Shown in pieces: positions 10,560 to 21,123 of a DNA stretch of 64,000 nucleotides. Every line of letters starts with the position of its first letter. Position 1 is the first letter of the stretch. This stretch comes from an uncultured delta proteobacterium (GTDB lineage Bacteria; Desulfobacterota; Binatia; UBA9968): the NCBI GenBank assembly GCA_963755715.1, contig CAVWLW010000041.1:41044-105043 (forward strand), written 5' to 3'. A program made the translations under genes and the position numbers. The notes under the pieces are model-generated. The model searched no databases. It was not told where the DNA came from and worked only from the letters and a program-made list of their open reading frames with translations.

Positions 10560-11399
10560 TTGGCTATGCCGAACGTAAACTTGTCGACGGGGGCGAATCT
10601 TTACTATGAAACCCATGGCTCGGGCGAACCGCTCGTACTGATCCCGTCGACCGCCTTCTCGGGCGAAGTCTGGAAGCCGTCGCAACTGCCGCTGGCGCAG
10701 GCCACCCAACTGGTCCTTCACGATCCGCGCGGCACCGGGCGCTCAACGGCGAGCCAGCAAGTTTACACGATCAATCAGATGGCCAACGACGTAGTCGCTT
10801 TGCTCGATCATCTGAAGATTGCTTCGGCCCACGTGCTCGGCCACTCGATGGGCGGGCGCATCGGACTGGAGATGGCGCTCAATTTTCCCGGACGAGTGAA
10901 AAGTCTGATTATGGCCGCCAGCGGTTCCGGCCAAGCGGCGCGGCCGGGGCCCGATTGCATTCCCGGTTTGCCGCATTGGCTGGTCATCCGGCTTGTGGAA
11001 AAAGGCTTCGAGAAAGCGCTGCGCGAAGAGTTTTGCGACACCAGCGCGTTCTTTACGGACCCCTATCGCAAACAGCATCCCGACAAGGTCGAAGAATTTT
11101 TTCAACTGGCCTGGGCGACGCACTCGAAGCTTGCCGAATACATCCACCTCATCATCGCGCGCCACAACTGGGAAGCGACCCATCGCCTGGGCGACGTGCG
11201 CTGCCCGACGCTGGTGCTGATCGGCGACAATGATTCGGCGCGCAGTAACCACTTGGCTCAAGCCGAAACGCTAAAGAATCGGATTCCCGGCGCGGAGCTT
11301 AAAATTCTCAAGGGGCAATCGCACGGCTTTTTCTGGCAGGCGCCGGAGGAAACCAATCAAGTGATTCTCGACTGGGTCAAGCGGCACGCGAGCGTATGA
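10560..11399 (+). CDS. Alpha/beta fold hydrolase (PcaD/RutD-like)
   Basis: LYYETHGSGEPLVLI, DPRGTGRS, GHSMGG, PTLVLIGDND and C-terminal SHG motifs. Confidence 0.85.
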   Translation: MAMPNVNLSTGANLYYETHGSGEPLVLIPSTAFSGEVWKPSQLPLAQATQLVLHDPRGTGRSTASQQVYTINQMANDVVALLDHLKIASAHVLGHSMGGRIGLEMALNFPGRVKSLIMAASGSGQAARPGPDCIPGLPHWLVIRLVEKGFEKALREEFCDTSAFFTDPYRKQHPDKVEEFFQLAWATHSKLAEYIHLIIARHNWEATHRLGDVRCPTLVLIGDNDSARSNHLAQAETLKNRIPGAELKILKGQSHGFFWQAPEETNQVILDWVKRHASV

Positions 11400-11747
11400 G
11401 TCATCGTCCTAGTCGTTCAAGACGTTCTCGCAGAATTACGACCCCGCAGCAGATACTAACTTCAGCTAGTCAACAACACCCTGAAAGTTTTTCCCCTTCT
11501 GGCTTTTCCCCATTGCTGAGCCGGGCCGTATTTAGATATTGGGTTTGCGTCGGCGTCCTGATAACGTGATCCCGCATCGAAACGGGAAAGAGAAATGAAG
11601 GGAAGCTCCCGATCGGCAGCTTTTTCATTCGTTACACTGCTGTGTAGATTCGCTCTATCGTTTGTGACGAAGGAAGAAGATCGTCGAAACCTTCTATAGA
11701 TGTAGAACGAGCCCTGTCATCGGTCTTTAGGCGCCAAGCCCAAAAAA

Positions 11748-14441
11748 ATGTCTGTTAAAACACAAACGGTTCGGCGCACTGCGATAGCGATCGTAGCCCT
11801 CGCTGCGGTTTATTTTCTCGCCGGCAAGTTTGGCCTTTCCTTGGCGACTGAACACCCTAGCGCCTCAGCGATCTGGCCCCCTAGCGGTATCGCATTGGCG
11901 GCTCTTCTGCTTTGGGATTATCGAATTTGGCCCGGAGTTTTCCTCGGAGCTTTTCTAGTCAACATCACAACCGAAAGCAGTTTTGCGACCACCCTCGGTA
12001 TCGCTTCGGGCAACACACTCGGAGCCCTTGTGGGCGCTTGGCTGATTAACCATTTCGCCAACCGGCGCAAGGTTTTTGAACGCGCAAAAAACATTTTCAA
12101 GTTTGTTTTGCTGGCCGCGCTGGCAAGCACGGCTGTGAGCGCAACTTTCGGGGTCACTAGTTTAACGCTCGGTGGGTATGCTCCGTGGGATCGCTACGGC
12201 TCTATTTGGTTCACCTGGTGGCTCGGGGATATAACGGGGGATCTCTTAATCGCCCCGTTGCTGGTGATTTGGCTGACACAGCCCTATCCGGATCTCAAGC
12301 CTCGCCGGATATTCGAAGCGGCAGGCTTGCTGCTGTCGATTCTGTCTCTCGGGTACATCGTGTTTTTATCGGGCACTGCACGCGGCTTGGAATATGTTCT
12401 GATTCTACCGCTTCTATGGGCGGCGTTCCGATATGGGCAACGCGGTGCTGTCACTGCCGCGTTTCTCACGTCCGCAATTGCGTTAGCGGGCACCGTCCAA
12501 GGGATTGGCCCTTTCGCCACTGCGGGTCCGAATGAAGCACTTCTTCATTTACAAGGGTTCATGGGCACGATCGCAATGGCGGCTCTAGTGCTGGCCGCCG
12601 CCATCAGCGAGCGAACGCGCGCCGAACAACGGATTGAGGTTCAAGAGGCCGTCAGCCGAATTTTGGCTGATTCTCTGGATCTCGAGGAAGCCGGTTCCCA
12701 TATCCTGCAGATTTTATGTGAGCGCGCAAAATGGAGTGCGGGGGCTATATGGAATGTCGATCGAACTCTCAACGAATTGGTATGCGTGGAGTTTCGGCAT
12801 GGAGCAGCCGCGGCAGCGCCGCTTTTTGAAGCCGAAAGCAGGAAACGGCGGTTTCCTTCGGGAGTCGGCCTTCCCGGCCGAGTCCTGAGCGGCGGGAACC
12901 CAGCCTGGATTCCTGACGTTACTAAAGACAGCAATTTCCCGCGCGGGCCGATAGCCGTTCAAGAAGGGCTACGTGCCGCCTTTGGCTTCCCGATAAAAGT
13001 GGCGCACGAGGTATTCGGCGTCATCGAATGTTTCAGTCGCGAGGTGCGCGAGATAGACGATGATTTTCTCCGAACGGTAAACGACATCGGCGACCAGCTC
13101 GGAAGATTCATCGAACGCCAGCGGGCGGGGGAACTTCTTAGCCAAGCGAAAGACGAATTAATCAAAGCGAACGAACGGCTCGAAAGACGAGTGCAGGAGC
13201 GCACCAGCGACCTGGAACAGGCCAATGCCACTCTGCTGAAAAATATCGATGAGCAAAAGCGATTGGAAGAGCAGCTCCGCCAAGCGCAGAAAATGGAAAG
13301 CATCGGGACGCTGGCCGGCGGCATCGCCCATGATTTCAATAATTCGCTGAATATCATCCGCGGCTATGCGACGCTGATCAGCGTGCAAAGCCTGGCGAAC
13401 CCGCACATCGTCGAGAACACTAAGATCATCAATGAAGAAGTTGAGCGGGGCGCCGCCGTGGTGCGGCAGCTCCTGACAATCGCACGCAAGACGGAAACCC
13501 GCCTCGCCCGCACCGATCCCAACCAGGTCGTTCTGATGGTGAGTGAATTGATCAAGCAAACGTTTCCCAAAACGGTCGAGATCAAATTGAAGCTTGATCG
13601 AACGCTGCACCCGGTGCTGGCAGATGCGAATCAGATCAATCAAGTGCTCCTCAACATATGCGTCAATGCTCGCGACGCCATGCCTAACGGGGGCGAGCTC
13701 ACCCTGGCTACGGAGATGATCGAGGAAAACACGCTGCCAAGGCACCATCCGGAAGCTTCGGCAAAGACGCACGTCTGTATCGCGGTCACGGATACGGGAA
13801 CCGGCATGGAAGAAAGCGTGCGTTCCCGAGTCTTTGAACCGTTTTTTACGACCAAGGGATTCGGTGAAGGCACCGGACTAGGGCTCGCAATGGTTTACGG
13901 CATTATGAAAAACCATCACGGTATTGTTGACGTCGCAAGCGAGCCCGGCGTAGGAACGACCTTTCGGTTATATCTCCCTGCGTTTCAGGAAGACGCACTG
14001 TCGGTTTCTGGCGAAATCACGGAGGGGAGACTAGCCGTTCGAACTCTGGCCAAGCACTCGACCGTTCTCGTGGTGGAAGACGAAGAGGCGATGGTCCGCG
14101 TGTTGGAAAACGATTTGCTGCGGGAAGGCTACCGCGTCCTAGTCGCCAGGGATGGCGCCGAGGCGATCGATCTCTATCAGCGGCACGGACACGAGATCGA
14201 TGTCGTCTTGATGGATCTCGGGTTGCCCAAAGTGACCGGCTCCGACGTGATTCGGACGATGAAAAAGCAAAATCCCGGAGTCCACGTCATTGTTACTACC
14301 GGCTACATAGGGCCGGAAGTGAAATCGGAACTGTTCCTAGCGGGAGTAAAGGACTACATCGAAAAACCCTATTTCGTGACGGACGTCTTGCAACGCGTAA
14401 GCGAGTATTTGAAGACTGCCGAACCTTCGTCTGCGATTTAA
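11748..14441 (+). CDS. Hybrid sensor histidine kinase (MASE1-GAF-HisKA-HATPase-REC)
   Basis: IWPPSG and WWLGD (MASE1). GVGLPGRV (GAF). [38 protein letters not shown] and GTGLGL (kinase). VLVVEDE...MDLGLP (receiver). Confidence 0.93.
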   Translation: MSVKTQTVRRTAIAIVALAAVYFLAGKFGLSLATEHPSASAIWPPSGIALAALLLWDYRIWPGVFLGAFLVNITTESSFATTLGIASGNTLGALVGAWLINHFANRRKVFERAKNIFKFVLLAALASTAVSATFGVTSLTLGGYAPWDRYGSIWFTWWLGDITGDLLIAPLLVIWLTQPYPDLKPRRIFEAAGLLLSILSLGYIVFLSGTARGLEYVLILPLLWAAFRYGQRGAVTAAFLTSAIALAGTVQGIGPFATAGPNEALLHLQGFMGTIAMAALVLAAAISERTRAEQRIEVQEAVSRILADSLDLEEAGSHILQILCERAKWSAGAIWNVDRTLNELVCVEFRHGAAAAAPLFEAESRKRRFPSGVGLPGRVLSGGNPAWIPDVTKDSNFPRGPIAVQEGLRAAFGFPIKVAHEVFGVIECFSREVREIDDDFLRTVNDIGDQLGRFIERQRAGELLSQAKDELIKANERLERRVQERTSDLEQANATLLKNIDEQKRLEEQLRQAQKMESIGTLAGGIAHDFNNSLNIIRGYATLISVQSLANPHIVENTKIINEEVERGAAVVRQLLTIARKTETRLARTDPNQVVLMVSELIKQTFPKTVEIKLKLDRTLHPVLADANQINQVLLNICVNARDAMPNGGELTLATEMIEENTLPRHHPEASAKTHVCIAVTDTGTGMEESVRSRVFEPFFTTKGFGEGTGLGLAMVYGIMKNHHGIVDVASEPGVGTTFRLYLPAFQEDALSVSGEITEGRLAVRTLAKHSTVLVVEDEEAMVRVLENDLLREGYRVLVARDGAEAIDLYQRHGHEIDVVLMDLGLPKVTGSDVIRTMKKQNPGVHVIVTTGYIGPEVKSELFLAGVKDYIEKPYFVTDVLQRVSEYLKTAEPSSAI

Positions 14442-14618
14442 CGTCGTCGCGAGATAGCTCGGCGCTCGGCGGTCGCCTCCTTGTGAAAAAAAAGAGGAAG
14501 CGGGCTTCGGGTCAAATTGAGAGAGAATTGAAGAACGAAGTCGGCGAAATGCTGTGGCTCGATGGGGCGTCCTCTGCGGGGGCTAATATAAAGTCTGCGC
14601 TGGCGAGCGAACGCTAGA

Positions 14619-15641
14619 CTATTTATAAAGGCCGTCGATGAAGCCGCTGCGGTCTAACTCCGATAGCAACCGAGTGTCGACGAATTGTTCCGGCTTTGCG
14701 GTGTTGGCCTTTGAATCGCCTTCGGCAATCTGATCGAGCACACGCTGAATTCCTTCCAGAGTTGGATAGGGTTTGCGCTGCACGACGTCCTGAATGAAGA
14801 TGTTGTAGGTTTCCTCCAAGCTGGTGCGATCCTTGTTAAAATCCAGTTTCATGTAGCGAGCGGTGATGCGCATACTCTCTTCTCTGTGTGTCTTTGCATA
14901 GTGGATTCCCGCGACGTAAGCGCGCATGAAGCGCGCGGCGACGTCGGGTTTTTCCCGCAGGAATGCGCCGCTGGCCGCGATAGCCGAGCCGGCGTATTCG
15001 AATTTTTCCTTGATCATATCCAGCATCGAGTAGAACCCTTGCTCTCGCGCGACGCGCGTGATCGGCGGGGCAAAGATCGCTGCCTGCACGACACCTGACT
15101 TGAGCGCGGCCAAACGCGCGGTTTGACCGCCGCCGAGTTGCAGAAGCGTCACATCGGAGAGCGGGACGTTGAGGCGCTTGAGAGCCAATCTCACGCCAAA
15201 ATCCGATAGCGATCCAAAGCGGGCGATCGCAATCTTGCTCCCTTTGAGCTGGTCGGGACGGTTGATCTTGGGATCCGACATCAAAACGTAGGTGAGGTTG
15301 TTGATCATACCGGCGATGATCTTGATGTCAGATCCGCGCAAGCTGCTCGATATCGCCGCGGTCGATCCCAGCAAGCCCAGCTGAATTTCGCCCGACAACA
15401 TCGCTTGCACGGCGATGGTGCCGCTATCCAAATAAATAATCTCTGGATCGAGACCATATTTTTGAAACATGCCGGACTCTTTTATAATGTAGAATGCCGA
15501 CTGCTCGCCTGTGATAGCGGAATAAAAGATGCGAATCTTCTCGGCAGCGAAGCTTTCTCTAGGGGCGAGAGAGCAAAAAACTGCGGCCCATGCCCAGAAC
15601 ATTACTGAGCCCGTTATATGGACGATTCGGCGGTTGATCAT
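14619..15641 (-). CDS. ABC substrate-binding protein, NMT1/SsuA type
   Basis: Signal peptide, GMFQKYGLD, QAMLSGE, LKGSKIAIARFGSLSD and KPEQFVD motifs. Confidence 0.88.
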   Translation of the reverse strand: MINRRIVHITGSVMFWAWAAVFCSLAPRESFAAEKIRIFYSAITGEQSAFYIIKESGMFQKYGLDPEIIYLDSGTIAVQAMLSGEIQLGLLGSTAAISSSLRGSDIKIIAGMINNLTYVLMSDPKINRPDQLKGSKIAIARFGSLSDFGVRLALKRLNVPLSDVTLLQLGGGQTARLAALKSGVVQAAIFAPPITRVAREQGFYSMLDMIKEKFEYAGSAIAASGAFLREKPDVAARFMRAYVAGIHYAKTHREESMRITARYMKLDFNKDRTSLEETYNIFIQDVVQRKPYPTLEGIQRVLDQIAEGDSKANTAKPEQFVDTRLLSELDRSGFIDGLYK

Positions 15642-15819
15642 GGAATACCTCGATTAGCGGCACGCCGCACTTGTAATCCTCGCGTACGTCGGACAGCGGC
15701 TCCGCGTCGAGTCGCATAATCGTCGCGTAAAATTCCACAGTCAGCTTCTCACAGCGTGACGAGGGTCGCAATCAACTCATTGCCGGCGCGCTGCCGCTAC
15801 TCAGGTTTCGGCGTCGCTC

Positions 15820-16047
15820 TTGACCTTCGGCTCAGTGCTGGGATATACAGCGCCGATGCCGATTCAATTCATACTGCCCACGAAGTTCACTCGCGCCGAC
15901 ATCGAGTGGCATGTGGATACGCTGGCGCTAAAGTTCCAGGGTACGAAGAATAAAAAGATAATCGATCAGATTGCCGGCCTGAACCGCCTGCTTGCAAAGA
16001 TGGATGCTCGCAGTTCTGATCTGTCCCAACCGAAGAATCGTCAGTGA
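15820..16047 (+). CDS. Small hypothetical protein
   Basis: Protein-like ORF in an otherwise empty gap (MPIQFILPTKFTRADIEWHV...). No recognisable family. Confidence 0.35.
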   Translation: MTFGSVLGYTAPMPIQFILPTKFTRADIEWHVDTLALKFQGTKNKKIIDQIAGLNRLLAKMDARSSDLSQPKNRQ

Positions 16048-16114
16048 TTTGCTGTTTAACTCCTGATTTGTCTTGCTTTGCGGCGCTACCCTGAACCTCT
16101 CCACCAAGCAGAGT

Positions 16115-17107
16115 CTATTGCACAGACGCGCTGACCTTACGCGCGAAGCTGAAGTCGAAAACTCGCTCAGGCGTCGGCGGCGCGGCTTTGACCCGCTGGG
16201 CGGCGGACGCGATCATCTCGCGCTGTAACTTTTCGTCCACCAAACCCGTTAGCACATACCCTCCTACCGCCGCTTCATAGGCACGTTCGGTAAACCGCTC
16301 GCGCTCCTTCCCTAGGTCGAGATACGGCCCCTTCATAAACTCCAGGGCGTACTTCTTGTCGTTTTTGATCAGCCGGACCGCCCGCAAGGTCGCGCGAATG
16401 GTTTTGGTCACGAGATCCGGGCGCTCAGCGACGGTCGTTCTCGCCGTTGCCAAGCCGCCCTGGATGATCCGGTAAACATCGCCGCCCGACGCGATTTTTC
16501 GAAAGCCCTCATCTTGGGCCATGAAGGTCTGCGGGATCTGCAACAGGGTGGCCTCGATCACCCCGGCCTTCAAGGATACATAAGTCACGTCGCTGGCGCC
16601 GAGCGGCAGGAAAGTCACTTGCTCGGGCGGCACGTGATTCGCGATCAGGATCTGGCGCGCCAAAATCTCGGTCAGGCCGCCGATACCGGCCACGCCGATC
16701 TTCTTTCCGCGTAACTGTTGAACGCTGGTGATGCTCGGCTGGACGATCAAATCAAATGACGGCGCGTCGCTCATCGCCAGAACGACCCTGACGTCGGCGC
16801 CGTTCACGATCGCGCTGACCGCAGTTCCCGTAGCCGTGCCGAAGTCGATGCTGCCGCCCAAGAGCGCCTGCACCGCCAGGTTCGCCTTAATCAGAATGAT
16901 CTCGGCGTCCAAACCCTCCTCGCGGAAAAAGTTTCGCTCTCGCGCCACGTAAAACGGCATGTCCAATGTGCTGCGCGACACGATGCCGATGCGGACGGGA
17001 GAAAGCTTCCCTGGCTGTTCAGCACAAAACGTATTTTGGGTCGCGGCAGGAAACAGGATTGAAGAGACTGAAAGGAGAACAATCGCGATCCATCCTGTTT
17101 TACGCAT
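16115..17107 (-). CDS. ABC substrate-binding protein, NMT1/SsuA type
   Basis: Start MRKTGW after an RBS. FFREEGLD, QALLGGSID, LRGKKIGV and VFDFS motifs. Confidence 0.88.
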   Translation of the reverse strand: MRKTGWIAIVLLSVSSILFPAATQNTFCAEQPGKLSPVRIGIVSRSTLDMPFYVARERNFFREEGLDAEIILIKANLAVQALLGGSIDFGTATGTAVSAIVNGADVRVVLAMSDAPSFDLIVQPSITSVQQLRGKKIGVAGIGGLTEILARQILIANHVPPEQVTFLPLGASDVTYVSLKAGVIEATLLQIPQTFMAQDEGFRKIASGGDVYRIIQGGLATARTTVAERPDLVTKTIRATLRAVRLIKNDKKYALEFMKGPYLDLGKERERFTERAYEAAVGGYVLTGLVDEKLQREMIASAAQRVKAAPPTPERVFDFSFARKVSASVQ

Positions 17108-17253
17108 CGGCTTCTCCTCGCAACGATAGCGTTGGTTAAAGGACTGATGATCGCCCCGCCATTCGAGTACGCCGGCGACGAACTGCGCTGAAGTTTTCGC
17201 GGACCGCTCGCCCGCGTTCAATCTTACGATTCGATCGTGAGCGGTCCGGCATA

Positions 17254-18090
17254 CTAACGTCCCAGACGTTCGAGCTGCTCGAGGTGATCGGTTTCCGCTG
17301 CCAGCATATTCTCCAAGCGTATCGCCAGACCTTTGTCGCCAAACTCCGCCGCCTGGTCGATCCGTTTCGCGTAGTTGCCTATGACCTTCCGTTCGGCGGC
17401 GATGTTCTGCTGCAAAAGCTCGCGGGCGGCGCCAAATTCTGCGGGCATAGCCGGTCGGATACGCACTTCGCCCCCGAGCGCCACGATCTTGTCGGCGAGA
17501 AACGTAGCGTGGTCAAGCTCGCTGGGTAGCTCTTTTTTCAGTAACTCGCGAAGCTCGTGACCGAGCATGCCGCGGCCGGCGGCCGCGTGATACACGCCCC
17601 TGAGGAGCGCCTCGAGCTCGAGGTTGAGATCTTCATTCAGGCCGTTTATGAGATCCTCCCGGGTCATGGTAACGGAATGGCCCACTACGTGCCTGACTGG
17701 CACTTTGAAGCGGCGTTCGATGCGCCGGGGCTGGTCAAGGGCCACCCAGCGTGACCTTTGCAGCGGTAGAGTGGAGATAATGATGCCGTCGTATTTTTCT
17801 TGGTGCTGTTCCAGTTCGTTCTCGATTGCTTTTACAGGCGAAGCATCGCCCACTTCCGTGCGCGCGACTTTCGCGCCCACTCCCGCTAGATGATCCTGTG
17901 CGGCCTGGGCAGTCCGCTTCGCTATTGTTTCACTATCGCCGTCCTGCCAATCGAGGAGATCTTCCACCGGTGTGGCGGGAACCAGCAAGACAAACTCCGT
18001 ATCTGCATCCTTGGCAACGATCTCCCGAACTGCGTTGGTCAGCTCGGGGCTAGCGGCGGTTTGGTTGGCCAAAACGAGATAGCGTGGCAT
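17254..18090 (-). CDS. USP-like N-terminal domain fused to a bacterioferritin/ferritin-like domain
   Basis: N-terminal YLVLANQT...LLVPATP...IIISTLP...SRW. C-terminal LINGLNEDLNLE...ELDHA...IVALGG...E...ETDH four-helix diiron pattern. RBS ggagg before the ATG at 18090. Confidence 0.75.
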   Translation of the reverse strand: MPRYLVLANQTAASPELTNAVREIVAKDADTEFVLLVPATPVEDLLDWQDGDSETIAKRTAQAAQDHLAGVGAKVARTEVGDASPVKAIENELEQHQEKYDGIIISTLPLQRSRWVALDQPRRIERRFKVPVRHVVGHSVTMTREDLINGLNEDLNLELEALLRGVYHAAAGRGMLGHELRELLKKELPSELDHATFLADKIVALGGEVRIRPAMPAEFGAARELLQQNIAAERKVIGNYAKRIDQAAEFGDKGLAIRLENMLAAETDHLEQLERLGR

Positions 18091-18331
18091 ATCACACCTC
18101 CCAAGAAGTTGTGGACTGACAACCAAAAAATAGGCCGAACGACGTCCCAAATACAAGGCTTTTTCCCTTGTGTTTTTCAGAGCCGCCGCAGCGCAAGATG
18201 CAAAACCGTAATGCCTTTGTTCATCTGCGAGCCCTTGGGCTCGCGTTGGACCAAAACGAATCACGTCCGAAAATGGCCAATCGCTTGCTTGCGCAGGGAC
18301 TGCGCATGTTCCAATCTGTCTCTACAACGTT

Positions 18332-19864
18332 ATGAAAGATTTTTACCAAGCTTTGCTCGCTCGCGACTACCGCTTCGACGGTAAATTTTTTGTCGCTGTG
18401 AAAACCACCGGAGTTTACTGTCGGCCCATTTGCCCGGCGAGGCCGAAACGCGAGAACGTCGTGTTCTTCCCGGATGCGGCATCGGCCGAAGCGGCGGGGT
18501 ACCGGCCGTGTCTGCGCTGCCGGCCCGAATGCGCGCCGCTCTCGCCGGCCTGGTGGGGCAAGCGGGCCGTGGTTCAACGCGCGCTCAAACTCATCGCCAA
18601 CAATGAACTCAATCACAATAACGAGGAGGAGTTCGCTCAACGGCTGGGCGTGAGCGCGCGGCACCTGCGGCGGCTTTTCAAAGAAGAGATTGGCCGGACG
18701 CCCAAGCAGATCTCCGACGCCAACCGGCTCAATTTCGCGCGCAGATTGCTCGTTGAAACGCCTGTGCCGATCATGACGGTAGCGCGCAGCGCCGGGTTTG
18801 CCTCGCTCAGACGTTTCAACGATGCGTTCAAGAGGCGCTTCGAGCGCGCGCCTTCTCAATTGAGGAGAACTCGGTCAAAGATCGCAACCACACAGGGCAT
18901 CGAGCTCAAACTGTCGTTCAGACCGCCTTACGACTGGCAGAGCCTTATTCGGTTCTATCAATCGCACCCGATTCCAGGCGTTGAGCGTGTTGTGGAAAAC
19001 GCTTTCGAACGGGTTTTTCGCATCGACGAGACCGTCGGATTTCTGCGAGTTCAACCAGTAGCCAACCGAGCGCAGCTAAAGCTCCGCGTCGTCACTGAAG
19101 ATCCGCGCATCCTTTTCGAGGTCGTGAATCGGGTCAGAAAAATGTTCGATCTAGATTCCGATCCGATGTTGATCGCTGACAGCTTTGCTCAGGTGCCGCT
19201 GCTCGCCAAGCTTGTGGATCGTTTTCCCGGGCTGAGAGTGCCGGGGAGCTGGGATCCTTTTGAGACGGCGGTCTGCTCGATCTTGGGCCAAGTCGTTTCG
19301 GCTCAACAGCGAGCCAATCTGGTGGGTCAACTCGTGCGCGGTTACGGAGAAGAGATTATTCACCCGGTAACGGAAGAAAAAGCGTACTTGTTTCCCAGTC
19401 CCGCGGCCCTGGCGAGCGCCGAACTGAACGAAGTGAGAACAAGTCCGGCGCGCAAAGAGGCGGTTCGCGATTTCAGCCGGCGCGTATTGAGCGGAGCGAT
19501 TTCTCTGTCGGAAGCTCAAGACCCGCTGATGTTTCGCAAGGCTCTACTTGGGACCAAAGGATTGGGACCGTGGTCGGCCGAATACATCAGCCTCAGATCC
19601 ATCGGTGATACGGATGCCTTTCCACGCACCGACTTGATCCTCAAGCGGGTGCTCGCGCTCCATCCCGATCTGGATCTAGACGTGATCAAACCGTGGAAGT
19701 CCTATGCGGCGGTCTATCTTTGGAAAGAATTTGCCCAAACGCTATCCAAGCAAAAAGGCAAGAAACCATACGACTCTACTTTGCAGAGCGATGAAGTCGC
19801 CGGCCGGAAAGCTCAATTGAGTCGTAAACGTCGAAACCTTAGCGAAATACTGAAAACCCTTTAA
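18332..19864 (+). CDS. alkA: Ada-AlkA fusion: Ada Zn-binding domain, AraC HTH and DNA-3-methyladenine glycosylase II
   Basis: RFDGKFFVAVKTTGVYCRPICPAR, GYRPCLRCRPE, GFASLRRFNDAF, RPPYDW, ILGQ, GLGPWSAEY and DAFP motifs. Confidence 0.92.
   Translation: MKDFYQALLARDYRFDGKFFVAVKTTGVYCRPICPARPKRENVVFFPDAASAEAAGYRPCLRCRPECAPLSPAWWGKRAVVQRALKLIANNELNHNNEEEFAQRLGVSARHLRRLFKEEIGRTPKQISDANRLNFARRLLVETPVPIMTVARSAGFASLRRFNDAFKRRFERAPSQLRRTRSKIATTQGIELKLSFRPPYDWQSLIRFYQSHPIPGVERVVENAFERVFRIDETVGFLRVQPVANRAQLKLRVVTEDPRILFEVVNRVRKMFDLDSDPMLIADSFAQVPLLAKLVDRFPGLRVPGSWDPFETAVCSILGQVVSAQQRANLVGQLVRGYGEEIIHPVTEEKAYLFPSPAALASAELNEVRTSPARKEAVRDFSRRVLSGAISLSEAQDPLMFRKALLGTKGLGPWSAEYISLRSIGDTDAFPRTDLILKRVLALHPDLDLDVIKPWKSYAAVYLWKEFAQTLSKQKGKKPYDSTLQSDEVAGRKAQLSRKRRNLSEILKTL
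19770..19830 (+). pseudogene. Possible remnant of the ogt (methylated-DNA-protein-cysteine methyltransferase) 5' end
   Basis: An alternative frame reads TTLLCRAMKSPAGKLN*VVN, resembling the Ogt N-terminal SPxGxL motif, at the position where ogt usually follows alkA. Confidence 0.45.
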
Positions 19865-19988
19865 GAGTCCTTCGACCTCGCTCAGGACGAACGGAGGGGT
19901 TTTGATATGATTGATGCCATTGCCGTGCTGCGGAGCCTCATGAAGCATGAGATCTTCGAAGCAGTCCAAACTTTTTGCAGCAAACTTG
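19839..19988. repeat. Degenerate REP-like element (CCTTCGAC..GCTCAGGACGAACGG...GAGCC..GAAGCATG) with decayed inverted ends
   Basis: Core at 19869-19950. The flanks ctgaaaa and ttttgcag are weakly inverted. Confidence 0.55.
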
Positions 19989-20126
19989 ACGACCGTTATA
20001 GCAGCGGGAGAACTACAATGAGATATTACAGTGAAGATGTCCCTGGCTCTGCAGACCTTCGCTAGTTCGGCATAAAAAGACGAATAGAGAAATCAGAGAA
20101 GACTCGCCCAAATCCACTTTAAAGCG

Positions 20127-21119
20127 TTACCGACCAAATATCTGGCTCACAAATCCGCTTTTTTCCAGCTCGGTTAAAATCGAGTTGTCGATGAACTGTT
20201 CCGGCCTCGCCGTTTTGGCGCCAGCATGGCGAGTGAAGTTCAGCACCGACTGCACTCCGGCGGTCGAAACATAGGGCACGGGCTCCCAAACTTTGATGAA
20301 GGTTTGATAGGTTTCGTCCAGGTCCTCTTGATTCGTGGTTTTGGTATAGGTGCCGATCACCTGTTTCGTTTCTTTCGGGTTGGTGGCTGCGTATTTCACC
20401 GCTTCGATATACGCCTGCAGAAACCCCCGGACGCGATCGCGATGTTCTTTCATGAAGTCTCGCGTCGTCGCCAATCCCGCATGGATCATCGGGATATTCC
20501 GCTCGGGAACGTTGACGATTTCTTTAAAGCCCGCCTGGCGCGCCTTGAGCGTCACCGGCGCCGAAATAATCCCCGCGTCGATCACTCCGGTCGTAAGCGC
20601 GGCAAGAATCTCCGGCCCGGTTTTCAAGTAAAGCATTTTGACATCCTGCCCCGGCACCAGGCCGGCTTCCTGAAAAAGAATCCGTGCCAGATGATCGCTG
20701 ATGGAGCCGGGAGCAAGCGCCGAAACAACTTTGCCGCGCAGATCGGCCAGTGATTGGATCTCCGGCTTGGCAAAGATGGAAAGCACCACTTTGTTCGCGA
20801 TGCCGGCGATGTAAACCACCCTTTCGCCGTTGAGCCCGGCCTCGAGCAACTCGCCGCCGGGTGTGATGATATCGACGTTTTTGGTGAGCAGCGCTTGGGT
20901 GCCCGTCGTCAGCGGCAAAAATTTCAAATCGACGGAAATACCGTATTTGTTGAACAGTTTATTTTCTTGCGCGAGCCAAAGCGGCGTGAAAACGCCGCCG
21001 ATCGCATTGTAGCTGGCGCGAACGACCGGCAGGTCGGCAGCCAACAAGTGGCTGATTGAAAATAGCGAACTCCAGACCAGCAGCGCGGCAAAAATCTTAT
21101 GTCGTTGGGTCAGCGTCAT
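20127..21119 (-). CDS. ABC substrate-binding protein, NMT1/SsuA type
   Basis: Signal peptide, PLWLAQENKLFNKYGI, LRGKVV and RPEQFIDNSILTELEKSGF motifs. Confidence 0.88.
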   Translation of the reverse strand: MTLTQRHKIFAALLVWSSLFSISHLLAADLPVVRASYNAIGGVFTPLWLAQENKLFNKYGISVDLKFLPLTTGTQALLTKNVDIITPGGELLEAGLNGERVVYIAGIANKVVLSIFAKPEIQSLADLRGKVVSALAPGSISDHLARILFQEAGLVPGQDVKMLYLKTGPEILAALTTGVIDAGIISAPVTLKARQAGFKEIVNVPERNIPMIHAGLATTRDFMKEHRDRVRGFLQAYIEAVKYAATNPKETKQVIGTYTKTTNQEDLDETYQTFIKVWEPVPYVSTAGVQSVLNFTRHAGAKTARPEQFIDNSILTELEKSGFVSQIFGR

Positions 21120-21123
21120 TTGC

